Virus record (IMG/VR): IMGVR_UViG_3300023179_000033
Span: 1-64,000 of that record
DNA: 64,000 nucleotides
Strand: one strand, 5' to 3'
From: a virus
The notes below the pieces were generated by a model. It was not told the origin of the DNA and did no database searches. It saw nothing but the letters and a program-made list of their open reading frames with translations. This document shows positions 19,207 to 27,193 of this stretch, in pieces. A program made the position numbers and the translations under genes. Numbering within the stretch: position 1 is the stretch's first letter; every line of letters starts with the position of its first letter.

Positions 19207-19503
19207 ATGACAGAATTTTTTAGAGACTCAGGATTTGAAAAACTTTCGTTGATAAGCGGAAACGCTAATCCCGGTTTAGTTGCGCCAAGACCAGCAGCAA
19301 ATCAAAGTATATTTTTACTTGGTGTTCATTCCACAGGAGCTACTACTTTAACTCAAGGAAGTGCCACAGGTCCATTAATTATGTATGTTGGCGCAGGAAA
19401 TTCTAATTTTCCATCAACAATTCAAGTTCCGAATAATAGCGGTGTTTATAGTTCTGTTGGTGGCGTTTCTGTATTTTATTACATTTCAGACTCAATAGTG
19501 TAA
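19207..19503 (+). CDS. small Gly/Ser-rich beta protein, probably virion-associated
   Basis: composition; GTGTAA upstream. Confidence 0.55.
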   Translation: MTEFFRDSGFEKLSLISGNANPGLVAPRPAANQSIFLLGVHSTGATTLTQGSATGPLIMYVGAGNSNFPSTIQVPNNSGVYSSVGGVSVFYYISDSIV

Positions 19504-19507
19504 GTTT

Positions 19508-20710
19508 ATGAAAAAAGAACTAGAGATTGATTTTAGTTCCGAGATAACAGCTAAAAAGGGAAAAGCACCTCTTAATAAACCATTTCGTCTTCCCTCTGGA
19601 AGTAAAAAGAAATTTGGTGTTTACGTCAAGAATGATAAAGGCAATATTGTAATGGTCAAATTTGGTGATCCAAATATGTCTATTAAAAGAGATGATCCAG
19701 CTAGACGTAAAGCTTATAGATCAAGACATGGTTGTGATACTGGTCGCCGTGGGCCAAAATGGAAAGCTAATTATTGGTCTTGTAAAATGTGGAGCGCAAA
19801 ACCAGTTAGCAAAATTACAGCTAGTGAAGAAGAGATAACTTTAGAAGCTGATATTCAAGCTAAAAGCAAAGGCCTTTGGTACAATATTCAACAAAAAAAG
19901 AAAAGAATGGGTAAAAACTATCGCCCAGCACCAGAAGGCTCTAAAGATCGTCCAACTCAAGAAGCTATTAAAAAAGCCCAAGCTAGTGATTATTTAAATG
20001 AAGAATATGAATGGGATGGGGAAACAGAATTTGATCAAATTGTATTCTTAGAAGACAAATCATTAGCTCAAGTTGAAGAAATTGAAGATCCAGAAGATGA
20101 ATTAGAAGATTATAAAGAAGATTTTTACGAAATGATAGTTGGTTCAATTAATTCAATTCAACAACATGCAAAAAATATTTTAGATAAACTAAATGATCCA
20201 ATGGTAAAAGAAAATCTTACAGAACCATTTTTACAACAAATGGCTGCGCTCGCAGAAGATTATATGATTACTATTCATAACTTTGTAATGTTCAATAAAG
20301 AAAATGAGATGGAAGTAGAAACAGAAGCTCAAATGCACGGACCAATTGGTGATTATGTATCTAAAGATTCAGGATTCTCTGGGCCAATTAATGAATATGA
20401 AAATGCAAATACAATTTTTAAAGTAGGCGATAAAGTTAAAAATATTAATTCACAATGTAAGCATTATGGTAGCGAAGGAATCGTAAAAGAAATTCGTGAA
20501 CTTCCAGAAGATATGGGATACGCAGTTATCTATGAAGCAACTAATGATGGCTCAACTTGGAAAAAAGGAGATATGATTGGAAAAACAGAAATTCAATTAG
20601 AAAAAATTGAAGCAAAATGGAGTATGAAATATAAAAGAAGCATAGACTGCAATAATCCAAAAGGTTTTAGTCAAAAACAACATTGTAAAAGTAAAGCATC
20701 AGAAAAATAA
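19508..20710 (+). CDS. modular head-internal/scaffold-like protein
   Basis: basic modules (KKFGVYVK..VKFGDPNM..RHGCD; GLWYNI..DRPT; KWS.KYKRSIDCNNPKGFSQ..HC) joined by acidic linkers. Confidence 0.65.
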   Translation: MKKELEIDFSSEITAKKGKAPLNKPFRLPSGSKKKFGVYVKNDKGNIVMVKFGDPNMSIKRDDPARRKAYRSRHGCDTGRRGPKWKANYWSCKMWSAKPVSKITASEEEITLEADIQAKSKGLWYNIQQKKKRMGKNYRPAPEGSKDRPTQEAIKKAQASDYLNEEYEWDGETEFDQIVFLEDKSLAQVEEIEDPEDELEDYKEDFYEMIVGSINSIQQHAKNILDKLNDPMVKENLTEPFLQQMAALAEDYMITIHNFVMFNKENEMEVETEAQMHGPIGDYVSKDSGFSGPINEYENANTIFKVGDKVKNINSQCKHYGSEGIVKEIRELPEDMGYAVIYEATNDGSTWKKGDMIGKTEIQLEKIEAKWSMKYKRSIDCNNPKGFSQKQHCKSKASEK

Positions 20711-20746
20711 ATTAAATATAATCTCCTAGTGTAATCTTAGGAGAAT

Positions 20747-21277
20747 GTGAATAAGCTTAAGAATTTGTTCAATTGGTTTGGATGGAAAAGTAAACTAATA
20801 TTAGTACTTTTAATAAATGCAGCAATAGCTTATTACTCTCTTAAGGCAGGATTTAATTTAGCTAAAACTTATAGTATATCAAAACTTCCTAATTCTTGTT
20901 TTGTTGATTCTGTAGTATTTGCTTCAAATGCAAATTATATATTATCAAATGAAAATACATGGGCGCAAATTTATGCTTTTCAATATCATTATAAAGATGA
21001 ATTAAAAACAGAAATAGAGTTTGATAAAACTGCAATAGAATATACGGTCAAAATACCAAAATATCATGGTCATGCAGTTTGTGTTTTTGAGCATAAAAAG
21101 ATGCTATGGATTTATGATAGTAATTATGGAACAATGCCTATTGGAGCTAGTGGAAATAGAGGAGAATATCACTTAAGAATAACCAATTGGATAGAAGATA
21201 AATATAATGCAGTAGTTTTTAATAGTATACTTATTGATGATGATAATAAAAAAACATTAGAATGGATAAAAGAATGA
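20747..21277 (+). CDS. membrane-anchored protein with putative Cys-His-Asp (transglutaminase/papain-like) triad
   Basis: N-terminal TM; NSCFVDS, GHAVCVF, WIYDSN; AGGAG RBS. Confidence 0.55.
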   Translation: MNKLKNLFNWFGWKSKLILVLLINAAIAYYSLKAGFNLAKTYSISKLPNSCFVDSVVFASNANYILSNENTWAQIYAFQYHYKDELKTEIEFDKTAIEYTVKIPKYHGHAVCVFEHKKMLWIYDSNYGTMPIGASGNRGEYHLRITNWIEDKYNAVVFNSILIDDDNKKTLEWIKE

Positions 21278-21375
21278 ACGAAATTAAAGTTCAACTGTCT
21301 GTAAATATATGACCTTGCAAAGGAACAAGGATAAATGAAAATTTTAGCATTCATAATGCTAAGTAAAAATCAAAT

Positions 21376-21396
21376 AACCGCGTAAGCGGTTTTTTT
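21376..21396 (+). terminator. intrinsic terminator upstream of the PEP-CTERM cassette
   Basis: AACCGC-GTAA-GCGGTT followed by a T run. Confidence 0.8.
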
Positions 21397-21413
21397 ATTA
21401 TAAGCAGATAAAT

Positions 21414-22148
21414 ATGAAAATAAACTCATTGAAAATATTAGCTAAAAAAGTATCCGCAACTTTATTTGCGGTTTTTTTGTCTTTAAATATAGCAAAATCA
21501 GAAGTAATTTTTACTGAAAATTTTGAAGATGGATCATGGGATGGATTCACCGCGTATCCCTCTGCGAACACATCAGTATTAAATTCTGGTGATACAATCT
21601 ATGGCGCTCCAACAACAGGAGAAATTGGGACATATATTATAGCTCCAGAAGGATCAAAACTAGGTAAAATGTGGCCATTATATTGGTCTCCCGGAAATGT
21701 AACTACATCTATCTTTGTAAAATATGATGATTATTGGGCAACACCAGAAACTGGATGGGTTCCTTATTTACAAGGCAAACAAGTCAAACTATCAATGGAC
21801 GTTTATATATCTAGTTATGATCCAATGCAAACTACTACTAATGTAAGTATATTTGCAAAATTCTTTAATCAAGACTATTCATACTATTATGATTGGGCAT
21901 CAGTAATTACTTCTGTAAAAGATTCATTGTTAGATACATGGGTAGCTAGGGAAATAGTTGTAACAGTTCCAAATGATGTTTCAGTTATTCAATTTGGATT
22001 AGAGATGACTCAACAAAATTATAGTTCTGGTTCTATAAATGTTGATAATATGGCAATTCAAATCGTGCCAGAACCATCATCTTCTTCTTTGCTTCTAATT
22101 GGTTCCATATCTTTAATTGCACTTAGGAGATTAAAGAGAAATGGATGA
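21414..22148 (+). CDS. PEP-CTERM sorting-domain protein (beta-sandwich, CBM-like)
   Basis: signal peptide; C-terminal VPEPSSSSLLLIGSISLIALRRLKR. Confidence 0.9.
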   Translation: MKINSLKILAKKVSATLFAVFLSLNIAKSEVIFTENFEDGSWDGFTAYPSANTSVLNSGDTIYGAPTTGEIGTYIIAPEGSKLGKMWPLYWSPGNVTTSIFVKYDDYWATPETGWVPYLQGKQVKLSMDVYISSYDPMQTTTNVSIFAKFFNQDYSYYYDWASVITSVKDSLLDTWVAREIVVTVPNDVSVIQFGLEMTQQNYSSGSINVDNMAIQIVPEPSSSSLLLIGSISLIALRRLKRNG

Positions 22149-22380
22149 TAATTTGAAAACTTTATTAAAAAAAAATTACTATCAATCAGACCCTAAACAA
22201 ACTGAAAATTTTATAAAAAATTTTCATCAATATAGAATTAAAAAACAATCTGAAAGAAAAACTAATTTGCTTGCAATTTTATTATTAATTGTTGTAGCAG
22301 TCTGTGGATTTTCCATAGTCTTAAAAGAAACAAACAATAAATTAGATATACAAACATCATCAGGAGAAATAAAAAAATGA
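22141..22380 (+). CDS. small single-TM protein (anti-sigma-like topology)
   Basis: basic N-terminal region, TM segment, short tail IQTSSGE. Confidence 0.55.
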   Translation: MDDNLKTLLKKNYYQSDPKQTENFIKNFHQYRIKKQSERKTNLLAILLLIVVAVCGFSIVLKETNNKLDIQTSSGEIKK

Positions 22381-23147
22381 AAAAAATACTAAAAATATTA
22401 GCCGCATTGTTATTAATTAACATAAGCGCTCACGCTGAACTTATTTTAGTTGATTTTGGTGCTTCTGGCGCAGGATGGTATGGTGGAGCATCTGTAGTTG
22501 GCGCAGATGCTAATGGTAATTATTGGAATAGTGTTACTTCGGGATCATACTATTCTAATCTATTAAATACTGCTGGAAATCAAACTTCTATTGGAGGATT
22601 TGGATTTATAACTGGTATGGCATTTAATAGTTATAATGGACCCGCAGGACCAACATCTAATCCCCTTATTCAATCTCAAATAAATGCAACTGCATTTACA
22701 TCTGCTGCAGGTATATTTGGAGTAAAAGAAGCATTAGTAGATTATATTGCAACAACTTCTAGCGTACCAAGTGTGAAATGGAGTATAAATGGTTTAGATT
22801 CATCAGTTTTATATACTATAAAATTTTATGGATCAGCAAAATATCAAAATGATTATGCTACAAAACTTAATGTATATAGTGATAATACATTTAATTCAAG
22901 TAGTCTAATTGCTACGGCTACAGCTAATTATCAAAGTCCTACTCAGTCATGGGTAATTAATACAACAGATATCGGCGTACTACCTAATTTAACAACAACA
23001 GGTTCATTATATTTTGAAATGCGTGGCGCAAACGGAGGAACAGGTTTAATAAATGCTATGAGTATCGAATCATTAGCGGCTATTCCAGAACCTTCTACTA
23101 TGCAATTAGTTTTATTAAGTTTGTTAGCACTTAGAAAAAGAAAATGA
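22377..23147 (+). CDS. PEP-CTERM sorting-domain protein
   Basis: signal peptide ending SAHA; ILVDFG..DANGNYWN; C-terminal IPEPSTMQLVLLSLLALRKRK. Confidence 0.88.
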   Translation: MKKILKILAALLLINISAHAELILVDFGASGAGWYGGASVVGADANGNYWNSVTSGSYYSNLLNTAGNQTSIGGFGFITGMAFNSYNGPAGPTSNPLIQSQINATAFTSAAGIFGVKEALVDYIATTSSVPSVKWSINGLDSSVLYTIKFYGSAKYQNDYATKLNVYSDNTFNSSSLIATATANYQSPTQSWVINTTDIGVLPNLTTTGSLYFEMRGANGGTGLINAMSIESLAAIPEPSTMQLVLLSLLALRKRK

Positions 23148-23488
23148 AAAATATATTACTTATTATTTTAGTCGCAATAGCTTTAACAACGTATTCTTAT
23201 ACAGAGAATCAAATTAAAATTAATTTAGCAAGAAATAATAAAGGACAAATCTTATTAAATATAACAGGACATACATCTCCAGTAGTAATAGAAATGAATG
23301 GAAAATCTCTTGCATTTAATGTTGGAGATAAAGAAATAAATTTAGATGAAGCTTTAGATGAAGCTTTAGATGTTGATTTAGAGTCCGTAGAGACAGCCAG
23401 CGGAGTAGAAAGACCAAATATAAATAATCAAGTGCCACCAGTTTCTAATAATATTAATCCTAATCCACCAAAAGCTACGCCATATTAA
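23144..23488 (+). CDS. secreted protein with Pro/Asn-rich tail
   Basis: signal peptide; 12-nt tandem repeat TTTAGATGAAGC at about 23341 (LDEA LDEA); VETASG. Confidence 0.6.
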   Translation: MKNILLIILVAIALTTYSYTENQIKINLARNNKGQILLNITGHTSPVVIEMNGKSLAFNVGDKEINLDEALDEALDVDLESVETASGVERPNINNQVPPVSNNINPNPPKATPY

Positions 23489-23505
23489 AGTGTAAGATAT
23501 GACAT

Positions 23506-23763
23506 ATGCTAATAAAATGGTGGAAAAATTTAAAATATTACGATAAATTCTTTTTTATAGTTTTTATTCCAGCTATACTTTTTACTCTTTGGGGTATAAG
23601 TGATCTTTATATAAATTATTTCGATGAATTAACTTTTCAAGATCATATGCAATTTTTTTTAAGAATATTCTTTCCTATTAGTTTGGCTACATTTATAACA
23701 ATTTTAGAACGCAGAAAAAGAAATAAATTAATAAAAGATATTAAAAATTATCTAGATAAATAA
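23506..23763 (+). CDS. two-TM membrane protein with basic tail (holin-like topology)
   Basis: two hydrophobic segments; GTGTAA 10 nt upstream. Confidence 0.55.
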   Translation: MLIKWWKNLKYYDKFFFIVFIPAILFTLWGISDLYINYFDELTFQDHMQFFLRIFFPISLATFITILERRKRNKLIKDIKNYLDK

Positions 23764-23838
23764 TTATTTTAGTCTTTCAATAAGATAAAATATATAAATA
23801 AAAACTGCACCACAAATTAACCAAGAAGCAATACTCAT
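23764..23838 (-). CDS. 24-aa single-TM microprotein
   Basis: MSIASWLICGAVFIYIFYLIERLK; GTGTAA 9 nt upstream of ATG. Confidence 0.5.
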   Translation of the reverse strand: MSIASWLICGAVFIYIFYLIERLK

Positions 23839-23853
23839 ATAAAAGTATTACAC

Positions 23854-23882
23854 TTAGCGCCAAGGATTGAACTTGACGCTAA
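23854..23882 (-). terminator. stem-loop 3' of hsp20
   Basis: UUAGCGUCAAG-UUCAAUC-CUUGGCGCUAA, 11-bp stem with one G-U pair; no U tract. Confidence 0.45.
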
Positions 23883-23890
23883 GACTATTA

Positions 23891-24247
23891 TTAGTCTATT
23901 TTGATTTTATTTTGTAGTTTTTTATTCTCTTTACCAAAAGTAATAGTAAGCAAACCATCTTCGTGCTTTGCCTTTACTTCGGAAAGGTCTACTTTTCTAG
24001 GTAAGTAAAAAGATTTTTCATATTTTACTTTGCCTTCTTTTCTTGTAGCCCTAATTGTTAGATATTCTTGATTTGCAGTAATCTCAATATTTTCTTTCTT
24101 AAATCCTGCAAGAGGTATTTCAAGAGAATATTGATCATTTTCTAAAACAAAGTCAGAATATCCTTTATCATAATTAAATATAGAATCATTAAATATATTT
24201 TCAAATATATCTAATGGTCTACTTCCATTTCTTAGTGTCAATAGCAT
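23891..24247 (-). CDS. small heat shock protein (Hsp20/alpha-crystallin)
   Basis: LAGFKKENIEI, YEKSFYLP, AKHEDGLLTI; AGGAGG RBS. Confidence 0.93.
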   Translation of the reverse strand: MLLTLRNGSRPLDIFENIFNDSIFNYDKGYSDFVLENDQYSLEIPLAGFKKENIEITANQEYLTIRATRKEGKVKYEKSFYLPRKVDLSEVKAKHEDGLLTITFGKENKKLQNKIKID

Positions 24248-24277
24248 AGGTTTTATGCCTCCTTTGTTTTATTTATA

Positions 24278-24294
24278 TGCAAGATCTATGCCAA
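24278..24294 (-). promoter_or_regulatory. sigma54 (-24/-12) promoter for hsp20
   Basis: TTGGCATAGATCTTGCA = GG-N10-GC; repeated GACAAAA boxes at 24304-24372. Confidence 0.75.
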
Positions 24295-24409
24295 CCTTTT
24301 ACAGAGACAAAAAGAGTAAATTGAGACAAAATGACATAATATTATAATTTGTAACATTGACAAAATAGCACATTTCTACTTGTAAATATTTTATGTGTAT
24401 ATATTATAT

Positions 24410-25240
24410 ATGCCTATTCCAAATCCCAAGGAAAACGAGAAACAAAACGACTATATGGGTCGTTGCATGGACTTTTTAAGTAAAGAAGATAGAACTAAAA
24501 GACCTCAAAAACAAAAAGTTGCAATTTGCTTAAATACTTATCGCAATCCAAAAAATAAATCAAAGGCAAATGAAGTTGAAATAGATTTTTCTGAAGATAT
24601 TAAAAATATGAACAAAATAGAAGAAACTCCTAAAGTTGAAGCAACTATTCAAGCTCCAACAAATAATGCCGTAACTGCTCCAACACCAGAAATTCAAAGT
24701 GAAGCAGTTAAAATTGAAGTTCCAAAAACTGAAACTCCAAAATTGCCAGAGGAACCAAAAAAAGTTGAAACATCAAAATTTGAAGCTCAACAAAAAACAG
24801 AACATGCAAAAGGCCCAGTATGGATGGAAAAGGGTAGCGCTGAAACACAAGTTAAAGCTGAAACCGATGGTAAAGGTGAACTTATTCAAACAACAATGTT
24901 GCAAATGCAAAAACAATATCAAATTTTTCATTGGCAAACAACTTCATTTTCACAACATAAAAGTTTTGGAAAAATCTATGAAAGTTTAGATGAAAGCATA
25001 GATACCTTTATTGAAACATATATGGGTAAATATGGCAGAGTAATTTCTGCTTCTAAATTCAATCTTGAAATGTCAAATTATTCTGATTTGAATTTTAGTA
25101 CCGCAACAGATTCATATATTGAATTTTTAATTAATTTAACAAATATGCTTGACTCAAGTAGAGATACAGATCTATTAAATATTAGAGATGAGATTCTTGG
25201 TAATTTAAATAGATTAAAATATATGTTAACATTGGTATAA
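24410..25240 (+). CDS. modular protein with C-terminal Dps/ferritin-like domain (DUF5856-like)
   Basis: N-terminal MPIP.P..E..MGRCM..Q.VAIC, Pro/Glu linker, FHWQT.SFSQH..YESL..IDTFIETYMG..LKYMLTL. Confidence 0.75.
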   Translation: MPIPNPKENEKQNDYMGRCMDFLSKEDRTKRPQKQKVAICLNTYRNPKNKSKANEVEIDFSEDIKNMNKIEETPKVEATIQAPTNNAVTAPTPEIQSEAVKIEVPKTETPKLPEEPKKVETSKFEAQQKTEHAKGPVWMEKGSAETQVKAETDGKGELIQTTMLQMQKQYQIFHWQTTSFSQHKSFGKIYESLDESIDTFIETYMGKYGRVISASKFNLEMSNYSDLNFSTATDSYIEFLINLTNMLDSSRDTDLLNIRDEILGNLNRLKYMLTLV

Positions 25241-25244
25241 AATT

Positions 25245-25544
25245 ATGAGAAAACAATTAGTTCTAGAATTAGATATTACAGAAACAGATGCCTATCAAAA
25301 AAGTTATAAAGGCAAAAAAAGAAGCGAATTAAAAGATAGTGATTTTCTTTTTCCAGAAACTCGTACTTTCCCAATTGTTACTCCTCAAGACATAAAAGAC
25401 GCAATTAGTAATTTTGGTCGCATGAAAAGTAATATGACTTATGATGCTTTTGTTAAGAAATTATATAAAAAAGCTAAAAGCAAGGGTGCTGATTTCGTAG
25501 CCGCTATTCCAGAAAAAACTAAAAAAGAACACAATCTTTCTTAA
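25245..25544 (+). CDS. DUF6582-like small phage protein
   Basis: RSELKDSDFLFPE.R.FPI...AISNFG. Confidence 0.65.
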   Translation: MRKQLVLELDITETDAYQKSYKGKKRSELKDSDFLFPETRTFPIVTPQDIKDAISNFGRMKSNMTYDAFVKKLYKKAKSKGADFVAAIPEKTKKEHNLS

Positions 25545-25573
25545 TTGACTTTTGATTAAAGTTCATTTATAAT
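25545..25573 (+). promoter_or_regulatory. sigma70 promoter heading the glycan cluster
   Basis: TTGACT-17-TATAAT, 6 nt before GTG 25580. Confidence 0.75.
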
Positions 25574-25579
25574 CAATAA

Positions 25580-26491
25580 GTGGACTCTGCAATTATTAAT
25601 ATCGGCGGTCATGGTCTTGGAGATTGCATATTATCTTTGCAAATTTCGTATCTTTTAAGACTTAAGAATGTTCAACATATAAATTTAATTTCTACTAGAC
25701 AACAGGTATTTGAGCCTCTATACTCAATATTCCATAGTGGTTTTGATCTTTATAAAATAGACGAAAAATTTTCTCATGAAAACGCAATTATAAGTAACCA
25801 AACATTAAAAGATGAAATAACTAATCATTATAAGTCAAATAATATTACATATAACGTGCCAGATCTTCTTTTTAGAAATCCATTGGCTCTAGACTATAAG
25901 AAATACGGCCTTACTCCTTCTGTAATTAAAAAAACAAGAACAATGACAGCCTACTTCTCAAGCAAAGAAAATATAATATATTGTGGTCTATGTTCTACAA
26001 CTGATGGCTATGTATACAAAAATATACCAGCATTATTGAAATTGCTAGCCGAATTTTTACCAGATTATACAATATATTTTCCTATAGTTAAATCTTGGGA
26101 CAAAGAGATAAATAATCTTGGTAATTTTGATATATCTTTTCCATCAAATGTATTTATACACAATAATCCATCTTTTGAAGATTCACTTGAATATTTAAAG
26201 AAAAGCTCGTATGGAATATTTACTTGCAACGGCCCAAGTCATATTGCATATCAGATTGGTATGCCTAGATTAGTTCTTGATCCACAATTCAATAAGATTC
26301 CTTGGATGAGTAGATGGAAAGAGGATTACGAAGAATGCATTGATATTAATACAAATTATAATGATATAGTTAAACTTGTAGAAGCAAATTTAAGATATCC
26401 AGAAACAACTTTAATAGATAGAAAAAAATTATTAGAGTTAATTCAAAATGGATATAATAACTGGAAGGATATATTCTTTTTTAAATATTAA
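25580..26491 (+). CDS. GT9-like (heptosyltransferase-type) glycosyltransferase
   Basis: GHGLGDCIL, TCNGPSHIAYQIG. Confidence 0.7.
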   Translation: MDSAIINIGGHGLGDCILSLQISYLLRLKNVQHINLISTRQQVFEPLYSIFHSGFDLYKIDEKFSHENAIISNQTLKDEITNHYKSNNITYNVPDLLFRNPLALDYKKYGLTPSVIKKTRTMTAYFSSKENIIYCGLCSTTDGYVYKNIPALLKLLAEFLPDYTIYFPIVKSWDKEINNLGNFDISFPSNVFIHNNPSFEDSLEYLKKSSYGIFTCNGPSHIAYQIGMPRLVLDPQFNKIPWMSRWKEDYEECIDINTNYNDIVKLVEANLRYPETTLIDRKKLLELIQNGYNNWKDIFFFKY

Positions 26492-26492
26492 T

Positions 26493-27191
26493 ATGAGTAA
26501 AAAAATATTAGTTTTTTCATATCATGACGAAAATTGCCATGAAGGACCAAGTTTTAAAACTATTGGAGAAATTACTCGGCAATCGAAAGAAGAATATTGT
26601 AAAATTCATGGATATGATTTTTATTTAAAAGACAAAGATTTTGATAAATCTTGGACCGCAAAAAGTGAAAGAATAAATATTCTAATAAACAATATAGATA
26701 ATTATGATTGGATTTGGTATTTAGATACTGATGTTATGATAATGAATCAAACTATTAAAATAGACTATTTAATAGATGATAATTATGATGTAATTTTAGC
26801 TAGAACACCAAATCAACAATTAATAGATATAAACGATGGATCAATGCTGATAAAAAGATCAGAATGGTCAAAAAACTTTTTAAATCATATTAATGATGTA
26901 GTAAAAAAGTCTTCTCACTCTTGGCCATGCCAACAAGCAGTTATTGATTATGTAAATATCACTCATCCCGAAGAAGCCAAAAAGCACATAAAAATAGTTC
27001 CTTTAAGATTTTTTAATAGTTATTATCATATATGGTATCCAGAACAAAATTTTCAAATAGGAGATTTTGTTTTGCATGCCGCAGGTTCGTCAAATGATTA
27101 CAGGATTAGGCTTTTTAATGAAATGAAAGATAAGATTATCAAAAAACCTAAAGATTTATTTACAATACAGCCATTTAATGGATATAATTAA
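26493..27191 (+). CDS. GT34-like (GMA12/MNN10) glycosyltransferase
   Basis: YCKIHGY, WIWYLDTDVMIMN, GDFVLHAAG. Confidence 0.8.
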   Translation: MSKKILVFSYHDENCHEGPSFKTIGEITRQSKEEYCKIHGYDFYLKDKDFDKSWTAKSERINILINNIDNYDWIWYLDTDVMIMNQTIKIDYLIDDNYDVILARTPNQQLIDINDGSMLIKRSEWSKNFLNHINDVVKKSSHSWPCQQAVIDYVNITHPEEAKKHIKIVPLRFFNSYYHIWYPEQNFQIGDFVLHAAGSSNDYRIRLFNEMKDKIIKKPKDLFTIQPFNGYN

Positions 27192-27193
27192 AC

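Noticed and set aside
19498-19503. GTGTAA before ORF 19508 counted as a promoter motif
   Set aside because: It is the last codon plus stop of the upstream gene and only 4 nt from the ATG, so it may be coincidental
21300-21335. sigma54 promoter or c-di-GMP riboswitch before the PEP-CTERM genes
   Set aside because: TTGCA is present but there is no GG ten bases upstream; the GEMM consensus is not matched
23854-23882. CIRCE element or tRNA fragment near hsp20
   Set aside because: It lies downstream of hsp20, its spacing does not fit TTAGCACTC-N9-GAGTGCTAA, and there is no cloverleaf around the T-loop-like sequence
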